Under the pieces are notes generated by a model. The model ran no database searches. It was not told the DNA's origin and saw nothing but the letters and a program-made list of their open reading frames with translations. The translations under genes and the position numbers were made by a program. From Oculatellaceae cyanobacterium bins.114 (lineage in GTDB: Bacteria > Cyanobacteriota > Cyanobacteriia > Elainellales > Elainellaceae), in assembly GCA_033764315.1 (NCBI GenBank), contig JANRJA010000191.1:21249-85248 (forward strand): a stretch of DNA of 64,000 nucleotides, given 5' to 3'. Positions 47,301 through 54,300 of the stretch are shown here, in pieces (the first letter of the stretch is position 1; each line of letters opens with the position of its first letter).

Positions 47301-49940
47301 AATCACTCCCTGCAAAATGCCGTGTACTGAAATGCTGAGTTCTGCCCGCAATACCCCTTTGTTAAAGGTGCGTCCCAACCCCACCCTGAGTCCCAAGCCA
47401 AACTCCAGCACCGGGTCAAAACTGCCATTTGTGATTTGGGGAACGCTGGTGGCAGTTGCCGCACTGAGTTTGTAGAAGTAGAACCCACCTGCTCCAGTAA
47501 AGACCAGTGCCTCGATCGCAAAGGAACGCTCAAAATTGCCCTGCCAGGGAAAGCCAAAATCAACCCCAAAATCACCATTGGTGTAGATGTCCACTACTAC
47601 CGCTGGCAAGGTGACAGAAACGGCTCCAAACTGCAACTGGCGCATGGCACTAGGCAACACCAGTTCGACATGGTAGACCCCAATAGTGTCGCTGATCCGA
47701 CGATAGAGAATCTCAAAAATCAGCCCTGCAAAAATCTGTGCCTGCGGCCCAGATAAGCCAATCCGTACCCCATAGATCAGCGGGTCGTTGAAGATGAAGC
47801 TCATGTCGAGAAAGCCCATCACCGAGAACTGCGCCCCGATCAGGATGCCGCTCTCAGCATTGAAAATGATGGTTTCTCCGGTATAGGTCAGGGGTCGAGT
47901 TGGATCAACGCTGACGGGTGCTGGAGGTAGAGCTGCCTGCAACGCTGTGATGGGGTTTTGTCGTCGCTGAGCCGGGGGCAGAGGCAACAGGGATTGTCGC
48001 ATCACATTCATCACCTGGGTGATGGTGCGTGCTTGAGCCACCACCTCTGGAGCAAAGGAAACCCGCTGCCCGATCGCCAAAAACTGCAAATCAAAAATGG
48101 GGGGAGCTGTACCGGGAACCGCTGGGGGACTCTCGTTAACGGGGTCCCAGGAGGATTGTTGGGCAGGTTGCCCCGGAATGACTAAGTCGAGGGTAAGTCG
48201 AACTCCAGCGCGGGCAGTCGTCCCCCCTGCGTAGGTCAAACCGAGGTTTGAGATTTTGAAGAGGGGGGAAAAGTCTATTGTTTCGGCATAGCCCACCGAA
48301 AAGGTCTTCTGAGTAAAGTTAATTTCAAACTTAAACTTGTTTAAGAAGAGTGCTCTATTGCCTAAAACATCCCACGGGGGATCTAACTGAAAATCGGTAA
48401 AGTTGGGGTCAAACAGGCTAATCACACTCGCCAAAATCTCCCCAAATGTGATTTGTGAGTCGGCACCACTCAAAGCCAAATCAATACTTGGTTCTTGCCC
48501 CTCAGGAATCACACCTGCTGTCAGCGTTAGGATGCGATCGCCCACTTTCTGCGGCAACGTGCTTCCCGGTTTGGGAGTAGTGGTTGACGTGGAGTTATAT
48601 TGTCCACGCAGATAAAAGCGACCCAACATCAAAACAAAATCGACAGCATCCGTTCCTTGTCGAGTCGCCCCTGACGAACTCGAACTAAATTGGTAGCACA
48701 CTCCCAGTTGCAAGCTCTCAAACAGAGGGATCGGAACCGATACAACACCCGTAACCCGCCCAACCAGAGTAGATGTCGCTGTCGTGGTGCTACTCTTGTC
48801 ACCTATGCTACCTGCGCCAACCGTGCTACCTGCGCCAACCGTGCTACCTGTGCCAGCACTCGCCAGGAACTTTTGGTTAGCAATTTCCACCGAGGCTTGC
48901 ACTTTCAGGGTTTCTCCGGCTCCCAACGGAAAATCCCAGGTCAGGGCACCTGCAAAGCGATATTGGGTCTCGGTTTGGACCTTACCAGGTCGATTTTGAC
49001 GAGTCTGAGTATAGGAAAACTCCATTGCGAGGGTTAACGCGCCTAGTCCAATGCTGGCAAGCTGCTCAGGAGAAAACCCAAAGTCTTCAAGCATCCGCTC
49101 TAGGTTGATGTTGCTGGCACTGGCAGTAAACGTCCAGAAGCTCCACATCTCTGCTGGGCGGGTGAGAGCCGTGCTAGAGCGGGTGGGATTGGGGCGAGTC
49201 GCGGGCAGACTTCGAGTTGTCGAGGGGTTACGCGCTGCATTCACCTGAGCCAGACTCAACTGGGAGAAGCGATGCTCTACCGTTACCGAAAATTCACCCC
49301 CAAACAGGCTAAACAGCCCTCTAAAGGCAAAGTAGTTTTGCTGAGACAGGGCTAGGGCTGACTTTTGGGCTGGGTTTTGTCCCTGCGCTGAGTTTGATCT
49401 TTGGGGTGAGGAATTCGGGCGACCATTGTTGTTTGCAGGAACTTCCTGCTTAATCGTCTCCATCACCAACTCAAGCTGACGGATGGCAAAGGTGGGAGGT
49501 CCCTCATCATCATCATCATCCTTCAGCTTTAGGGTCAACACATTGGAGACAGTGCACTCAAACCGATAGCTGCCATAATCTGGGCGAAGTTGCAACCGCA
49601 ATTTGTCGATGCTCAGGTCTGCAATCATGGCAGGGGCTTCCAGGTCGGGGATGTATTCCCGCAAGAGAGAAACCACCCGCAAGCGATCGCCCGGTTTCAT
49701 ATATCCAGAGATGATCGTAACGCCGCGATCGCTCCTTCTGGGTCCTCCTCCCGGTGTCGTCGTTGGCTGACTCCTTTGCCCCTGGCGCGCAGGACGGGTC
49801 GTCGATGTTGTGCCCCTGGGGGTTTGGCTGGAGGTGTGGTTAATGTCTAAAAACAGGGTGACGACTTCATCAGCGGCACGCATTTCCGTAATGACACCAA
49901 ACGTAACTGTCGTTTTGGGTGGGTTTGAGGAGGGGGGCAT
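38352..49940 (-). CDS. Giant 3862-aa protein with a beta-rich N-terminal region and a central array of LysM-like motifs; function unknown
   Basis: Uninterrupted 11.6-kb ORF. LysM-like segments include HTLRQNDTLTALAQTYNV...N.....APGDVLHIP and HPVTSQETLAGVATLYNT...N......PAGTEIVIP. No signal peptide seen. Confidence 0.85.
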   Translation of the reverse strand: MPPSSNPPKTTVTFGVITEMRAADEVVTLFLDINHTSSQTPRGTTSTTRPARQGQRSQPTTTPGGGPRRSDRGVTIISGYMKPGDRLRVVSLLREYIPDLEAPAMIADLSIDKLRLQLRPDYGSYRFECTVSNVLTLKLKDDDDDEGPPTFAIRQLELVMETIKQEVPANNNGRPNSSPQRSNSAQGQNPAQKSALALSQQNYFAFRGLFSLFGGEFSVTVEHRFSQLSLAQVNAARNPSTTRSLPATRPNPTRSSTALTRPAEMWSFWTFTASASNINLERMLEDFGFSPEQLASIGLGALTLAMEFSYTQTRQNRPGKVQTETQYRFAGALTWDFPLGAGETLKVQASVEIANQKFLASAGTGSTVGAGSTVGAGSIGDKSSTTTATSTLVGRVTGVVSVPIPLFESLQLGVCYQFSSSSSGATRQGTDAVDFVLMLGRFYLRGQYNSTSTTTPKPGSTLPQKVGDRILTLTAGVIPEGQEPSIDLALSGADSQITFGEILASVISLFDPNFTDFQLDPPWDVLGNRALFLNKFKFEINFTQKTFSVGYAETIDFSPLFKISNLGLTYAGGTTARAGVRLTLDLVIPGQPAQQSSWDPVNESPPAVPGTAPPIFDLQFLAIGQRVSFAPEVVAQARTITQVMNVMRQSLLPLPPAQRRQNPITALQAALPPAPVSVDPTRPLTYTGETIIFNAESGILIGAQFSVMGFLDMSFIFNDPLIYGVRIGLSGPQAQIFAGLIFEILYRRISDTIGVYHVELVLPSAMRQLQFGAVSVTLPAVVVDIYTNGDFGVDFGFPWQGNFERSFAIEALVFTGAGGFYFYKLSAATATSVPQITNGSFDPVLEFGLGLRVGLGRTFNKGVLRAELSISVHGILQGVIAWFKPSDPTVAKDVYYKIQGGVAIVGRLYGIVDFSVITVEVEVIVRVAILFVVECYQPILLALEAEVSVRASIKIVFIRIHFSFSLKIRQEFILGSASPTPWRLKQVAAAGAMPALDRSRQPQVAMPLQRGTVTVPARATAATPTHPLTTPIAPVASPPIRVTNLVGLIEEGVRSLSWASLTLDMTKWAKQSQSSEPKPESGGTPTKPIINLYLQVALTRRENLNATTNATATSTTTAGAATTDPIKYESYGIALLFIENFIPKGEDQPEAIANAPHDIDTDFDVLAKALLIWAIHAYTPNQTRFNPETARLSLDSLEDLYQSFIDHFESQANIPSFLTDLGTFLKDNFVFDISDRLIGQEMLSGSLFPMLPQLIMKLGSGTAESTTRFDQPKHKPTYLQQIRNYTRYFLAGHGNSAEPRAISSTENTISASLSIAELIFADYFLLLIRLGLQSAIDYVEAEIETQTTSRLGYTTSLIDLLNGLNTTPSFNHMAGTISRFLLHGLRIPTPTPTPTPTPTETNSTSNPASLLTQGLYVATGQQFSVTQASQLETLVFQKPDDLTWVQFTDYDGTNISQPSASLRYTDANASTTLNLLQQAKSTRITQQVRRAALIPFYNAVPPRYSVRNQSIWSPGTSGKGDYLLELPTDLQAALQSFPNGMNLSLRANTTSQAGKPVAIAQDPVVAGQWMTRVPLTIRQIRQPDTGVPLPHTYLMVGTDEPGKRLLDAILESDATPTLHLLYATQYTGSGNSLPNGASVDSVLTSLSASQVLLLKTNLALNKTNSGYVASLQADKVNRFLQMILESTALQDGGFYLNVNSASAELSEALFKNGSEASLVLLIQAGDGQQVYPFQNCVAVKPDALPGNIGNDDEVDFYIESPQRVNVLNIPAGNIGFRVERERIPFDPKDKSGEDDLANLYQLLGYQVKDAAKPSNNSRFATSPEGLPLGPIADDPTTTKDDNWWIYERVIPVSSLANPVAAQQGALNPYRGIAADAAVSVEFYWQDLFGNRLTDKPVLPDTLEVRYFDEVVGINQWPSVSESYSFKPGSVANTVDLELELVLDQTPYQVAEGADPEEVRQKIRGDRTTFEKVSYQLHQSDVTFAVQTSLLWTFHTLRQNDTLTALAQTYNVPVETLGSPNQGLVNLFAPGDVLHIPLTLTLKQPLSLNEVIDLGARLEAVLNHAVPNNPLAEALEEMRSLPPLSGADANTKRTNFRERLLRAIGNYPHLLQTGRVVSLTNSLAYSIRFGDTLADLAQVANLTPDQVMTRLLDQSSLWVTDVAWPLTFNYTWQKGDRLDIILQKVQLVAQHLPFHTEQVRLSADALSLEGLVQRNRDLHLNSGATPAELYIPYRFPSEPTSSTTTWTAFFTQFVDRAQAYLSALDEVKPVTHPVTSQETLAGVATLYNTTVVDLAQTNRTVAPLWPAGTEIVIPVEWEVLSTHSLSTLAIALVRAETLLEDVATARGMAALSSSNLKTPKMVEVDAKIQQLWEEFKDVPNLLNTKKIINGYAVTATDTLGLITLPAKTGRTIAQLATEEGLLLANVRLAIGVDYPWRAKDSLEGVQQKIKALSENPSISPYITLEADQLTVVAIALQNQTKKLTSAQTLEIPQRVRFTQSNAITNSNGSLVGATAALSFEIGVPLTAVDVAIANQQVDGLLNADVNLLSDSSPLFSLASLLISEATTDKLHFGSIWDASTRTSLKPLLEAVQGFLTNPKTRPHETLYSLKVRMEQVFRVLSLMVDAGRRWLKSQEVEINAAETNLASLENSLLARLRTVEAIQNQFDPEAATQLHTFLLNQRSGSNRNLALTLNQRMQVEVRLLRQSLDWIDSHLGQRFTFVQVAEAIAFIEGLLNPNQRLIPPPQQAHYTLTLPLTDSNNKLRYAKELITPVTVQVDIRRQAELIHPTVQSMLTVQTSTALFKPRMAATSASEHDRTTSLEAFATRFQSAFPGLRLATSGDRPSSATATESVDQSTQSLWAVHVGEMGLRYDIKEAVPFFFTAAPLANTLMAGNVKIPAYDSGSGLNESKESTTEQRFDTVDLNRLARDFLAAVEAFLRPESVIPALSRLNLNDSVKAILDQKETLAIAISQQVTNILSLTPSGAADTTKFKRLQAAADTLLRELRVNLAEAYDIETIIQYNVEVAVANQQPWRRQVPQSVVPRLAGKPIVITPANSSASPSTPDFTLSPAKIPLDPRADYPAHLTFFFNTKTPERFEEGFELPLMYQANELEYNIDEAHQVSSWLRFVLPLEENDGQDDYQMTTGVIEALRTAGLSDSILEALQPLVGQQWVVQSEFLTDLKTQLGEQTLNAHQGVILTHANTSIPNYLGRVRIPVPLRTFPLSPSLILQQANADPDSVARLEQVREWQYELVYEHPDIAQDAIETRILYNVSEAEAEAQVIRGTVEDSQQETLFDALVRFSVVYPQLLPDLQQLTTEELTNQDTANKVRKAVEALVKLVNQVATQWSAWLEIVRLHESRSADYSIEEKIVEMQNPDTSERQVTIRALPTLTAQPLSEADSQSQLVQVDQQGVTPIATNRFPQIQLPEYQETISPEGEQARRTSSTPITSQLYEFTPLADTSLVQKFGESDIPDRKLILPSLDIINQQNAWGSIWLTRNKGLVPGMMTNPAFVFQTPEVRFGDRLSPLLTNPHRWNIATLRTPSEPASNLPLIRPLRRHIELLFNTLLPEQSDRPYDIRISCQYAFALVLGDPGLEDDLLSSLPVFLSPRFAIPAASGESNSQQTMSQRTDSLQDNITNEILNWHSDKKPLKAKGRYIFSLSIFAAQPQTADALSTTDNLNLPLLKIEHLSLALTDIFEYLKPNQNIATLKTSDNIPVSRILAAHLENVLDQVRQLPDWQLFLQTVLSDKAYTLQFIVQHVTPEKAGKIQTVVAHEQPLTPSLNTLKLIAELPKIQAQILSWQNEGSQSGRYMFTLGLLATSKDSQSESSNPPELLAVAHYFLEPSMVADFASPANVAIAP

Positions 49941-50029
49941 AGAACAACCTGAATGCAGCAGCGGAAAAGAGAGGTGGGGGCGATCGCTAGGAACCTGGAT
50001 GGCTCAACAATTAACGCCGAAGAGTAACG

Positions 50030-50698
50030 CTAAGGAGTCTTGTTGGTTTCTGCATCCGTTTTTGCGTCAGTTTCCCCAGGCAGCTGCTTCTCATCCGAGG
50101 TTATCTTTTTCGCTTTCTCTAAGTTACTCACCTTCACATACAGCCCTTTTAGAGACAGGTTGCCAAAGAGTTTTCCTTCACCCGCATCGGTATCCCATGC
50201 AGCAGAAATGCCCACACTGTAAAGTGTGTCTGGTGGAGCCGCTGAACCTGGAGATGGAGATGGATTTGGAGATGGAGACGGAGTTATAGCTGAAGTCGGT
50301 TTTGGAGGAATCTTCAGGTAAAATTCTTCGATCGTGATATCGGCATCTAAAATCAGGGCAATGACAGGACCAATAACGGGGAGTTCTTTCAACTCTGCTT
50401 TGACATTACCTTCGTTATCAAACAAAACACTTGGATCAGCTCCCAGTTCTTCCAGAATCAGCTTTATATTTTGCCCAAGTTCACCCAACGGAACGGGTCC
50501 CGGCAACTCACATTCCAGCCCATATTCAGCAATTTTGTTAATGGGTGTTGTTGGCTGCAAGCCAATCTCGGTCTTCGTTAATTCAGAGGTCTTTAGCTCA
50601 AACACCACACCCAAATAAATGTCGGGTGTTATGGCGGTGGCTTTTGGAGTAGTAGCTGGAGGACTATTAGGTTTATTGCCAACTATCTGACCAGTCAT
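50030..50698 (-). CDS. Hypothetical protein (about 222 aa) with a Pro/Ser linker
   Basis: Likely ATG at 50698 with AAGGAG RBS; co-oriented inside the giant-protein locus. Confidence 0.75.
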   Translation of the reverse strand: MTGQIVGNKPNSPPATTPKATAITPDIYLGVVFELKTSELTKTEIGLQPTTPINKIAEYGLECELPGPVPLGELGQNIKLILEELGADPSVLFDNEGNVKAELKELPVIGPVIALILDADITIEEFYLKIPPKPTSAITPSPSPNPSPSPGSAAPPDTLYSVGISAAWDTDAGEGKLFGNLSLKGLYVKVSNLEKAKKITSDEKQLPGETDAKTDAETNKTP

Positions 50699-50898
50699 TG
50701 TAAAACGCTCCTTAAGAAATAAGAAATGAGAATTGGGCAGTGAAAATGTGAAATCTAATACCAATCAAATATGAGGATGCGCTAAATTAAGCACCCCCCT
50801 GTAGTCCCCCTTGGTAAGGGCGACAGCCGGGGGTCCAATAAGACACATCTTCAGATAAAAAGTTGATCTAGGTTTCATTGGGGTCTTTGTTGTCTGAG

Positions 50899-51255
50899 TT
50901 ATCCTGAGTCGGGTCGATTCCATACAACCAGTTGAATGCGTAGCGGGGACTGAGATGGCAGCAAATTCACCTCCCCTTCAGCGACGTAGCCATCCTCATC
51001 CCTTGTGACTTCCACAGGTAAGTTCTCCAGGGTTCCAGGAGCACTGGTTGAGTCAAATTCAATAGGCAAATTGAGGGCATAAAGCTGGTTCAATGCAGCA
51101 ATGAATTCGCGGATGGTTTGAGTTGTAGACAACCCTTCTTCGTCGGTCATGGCGATCGCCCATTCAATCGGAAAATTGAGGGCATAAAGCTGGTTCAATG
51201 CAGCCATAAATTCGCGGATGCTTTGGGCTATAGCAAGCTTCTCTTCGTCAGTCAT
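50899..51255 (-). CDS. Small hypothetical protein with a 35-aa N-terminal tandem duplication
   Basis: MTDEEKLAIAQSIREFMAALNQLYALNFPIEW repeated as MTDEEGLSTTQTIREFIAALNQLYALNLPIEF. Confidence 0.7.
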   Translation of the reverse strand: MTDEEKLAIAQSIREFMAALNQLYALNFPIEWAIAMTDEEGLSTTQTIREFIAALNQLYALNLPIEFDSTSAPGTLENLPVEVTRDEDGYVAEGEVNLLPSQSPLRIQLVVWNRPDSG

Positions 51256-51330
51256 GGCGATCGCCCCCTTTTGAAATACAGTTTCATCATTGATTTGCCT
51301 TTTATCGTCATTCCTGTGTCATTACTGGCT

Positions 51331-54300
51331 TTAACGGGTTGTCCGTGTGGCGGGTTGTTGGGTTGCATCCGGGGGTGGCGGATCTTTGGCATAGGCGGCA
51401 TACCAGCCGATCGCCTCTGATTTGCCGCGTAAGCTGGGGTCACTGCTCAACTTGGGATTACCAAAGAGAATCAGTTCCGTTTGCCCAGTAGGAGGCAGCG
51501 ACAAAACCAATATTTTCAACGCCAGATTTCGCATTTTGAGCAAATAGCCGCGAATCGTATCTTTAGAGGGGCGATCGACGACAAATTCCAAACTCTTAAA
51601 CGACAGCTTCAACACACTCTGAATCGGGAAACCCAACACATCGCCGCCAATTCCCGGCAACTGTAACCCCACAAACACCTGAGGATTGGTCTGCTGACCA
51701 TCGGTATTAGGAGTCCAGGCAACCAACACCTTGACCTGCAACTGCGCCGACCCTGACAACGCTCCCAAACTGCCCAGATTCAAGTCATAGATAAATCCAT
51801 AGCCTGCCGTCGGCATGCCACCCGTCAGGGGATTTTTCACGGCCATAAACCCCTTAGGCTGGGTATCAGGGCCAATTTGCACAAAGCTTGCTAACTGCAG
51901 GGGGAACATGGCATAGAGGCTGTTAGGTCGAGGTTTTGCCTGTTTCAAGTCATAAATCAACTGCCCCGCATCAAAGGTAAAGTTAGGGTTGGGTGGAACC
52001 TCTTCCGCTTCCGCCGGATCGGTCGTCTTAGCCTCTTCTGAGGTTGTTTCAGGGGGATTGGTCGTCTCAGAATCTGCCTTCTTAGGGTCGGGTGAGTCTT
52101 GCAAAAAGGTCATCGTGATCTGGACATTGGAAAAAGGCAGCACCTGTTGATTGTCCTGGAGATTGTTTAGTTCCGTTTCCATCACTTGCAGGGTTTTTTC
52201 CAGTTCCTCTTGTCGTTTCTCGCGTTGCGCTTCCGGTTGAAACAGATCGTTAGCAACAGTGTCTCGCTGATCAGAGTTGCTTAACAACGCTGCTCGGTTG
52301 AGCGCGATACTAGAGCCAAATCCGATCGCATCAAATTTGTCTAAAAATCGGAAGTTAAACTGTCCCCATAGGGTAAATCGTCCAGTAATTGTTTTGGGGT
52401 CAGTTTCTTTGGGAGGATCAGTCTTTTTGGAGGGGTCAGTTTCTTTGGGAGGGTCAGTCTTTTTGGGAGGATCAGTCGAAAAGTTGGCTTTGACAATGTT
52501 GATGCTGTCGAGTACGTGGCTATCAAGCGTCGCAAAGTAACTCTCGCCACTGAAACTGAAGGTGTACTTGGGTTTGCCATCCTGGTTTTCGGCAGTGCCC
52601 TTAAAAGTCAGCAGATTGCGTCCGGTACGACTGTTGAGCAAGCGCGTTCCCTCGTTAAACAGTTGGTCTACGGTCAGACTCACTTCACTCGAAAACGCCT
52701 TTAAATAGGAGTTTTGGAACAGCACCCGCAGCATCGACACTTGAAAGGCATAGCCCGATGGCCCAACCGCAGGAATGGCATCATCTCGATAGTCGATCAG
52801 GGCAAACAGCGATGATTTCTCTGCTTTTAGGACATTTCTGGGTTTCTGTCCTTCTGCGGTGATCGTTTCAGATAAAACCTGGGTCGTTTCGATCACGACA
52901 TATTGGGCAAAGAAATCCTCTTCTTTGATCCCGACTGCCAGTGCCCGCAACTCCTCTGGGATTTCACTGGGGGGAACTTTCACATTCAGGGCAATGATGC
53001 CCGACCAGGCTCCCAATCTAGTTGCCTGTGCCAAATACTCATAGTTTTCGCGATCGCGGGGTGTGGCATCCTTAGAGCCTCGCTGTTGCACCTCCTCAAA
53101 CAACTCTATGAGATCAGCCCCAATGGCTGGATTGCTGTTGAAGTGCTCCTTAAATGACCAGGTGGTTTCATCTGCTAACAATTCGAGCAGCGGTTTTTCA
53201 AAAAACTTGAAAATTAAAACCGTATCCTCACGCCATTGACTTGGGTTGAAATCAAATGTCCAATCCTGAATAACAAGCTGATTATCGGTCAGGTATTTGG
53301 TCAGAGTATTGTAATCAGAAATCACCAGAAACATCTGATTTGATTGAAACGCATCTCTCAGGGGCAATCGCTGCGGCAAATTGGTCAGCCGAACATCCTT
53401 GCCTGCCGTATCTTTCGCCAGCAGCAAGCTTTCCAACATTTCGTAATCGCTGGAATAGGTCGTCAAAAACCCCTGAGGTGTAACTCCTATCACGTCTGAT
53501 ACACCCGTCGGACCCAATAGCGTGTCATCCTGTTGGCTGAGGTCAATAATGCGCGATCGCCGCTCTGGGTTAATGTATTGCTGCTCCAGTTGTTGATAAG
53601 GTCTGACAGGATTGGGCAACCGTTGGTCTTTCCAGAGTTGACGATAGTAATCCTCGGTCTGGATACCACCGTAGGGCAACAGCGGAAACCCCCACGGCTG
53701 ACCACTCTCTTGATTAAACGGTTCAATGTCGGGCAACCCTGTCACAGGCACTTCCAAAAAACTCAAAAGGTTATCGGTAGAATCCTGGTTTTGATCGGTG
53801 ACCGTAGAGGCTCCATACAACAATGACAGGTCTGGCTGAGCGTAGTAAATGGCAGGCTTGAACGAGGATTCTCCAGCTTGGCTCACCGTTTTTTGACGCA
53901 CAAAGGCCCAGGCTGTCCGGGCTTCGTCTGTAAATCGGGATGAGGCTTTGGTCTGGTTGAATGAACTGTTTGTTGAAGAATCGGTTTTTGGAGAAAAGTT
54001 AAATACAAAGGCAGGTTGCTTGGGTCTAAAGCAGAGCAGATTCACAGAGGGAGGATCAAGCTTGATGAATTCTACTCCTGATAAACCACAAAGCAGATTA
54101 TCCAGATCTGTGATCGGATAGGGTGGAAGTGTTTTAGCACTGGTTGATTTAGGATTTTCTGTTTTGGAATCTGTTGTTTCAGAATCTGTTGTTTTGGAAT
54201 CTTTTGTTTCAGAATCTGTTGTTCCAGCACTGGTTGTTTCAGTGCTTTTTGTCTCAGGATTTTCTACTTCAGTGCTGATTGATTTAACACTTGTTGTTTC

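Noticed and set aside
44286-49850. Many 60-180 aa + strand ORFs within the giant gene
   Set aside because: Antisense shadow ORFs with no recognisable motifs.
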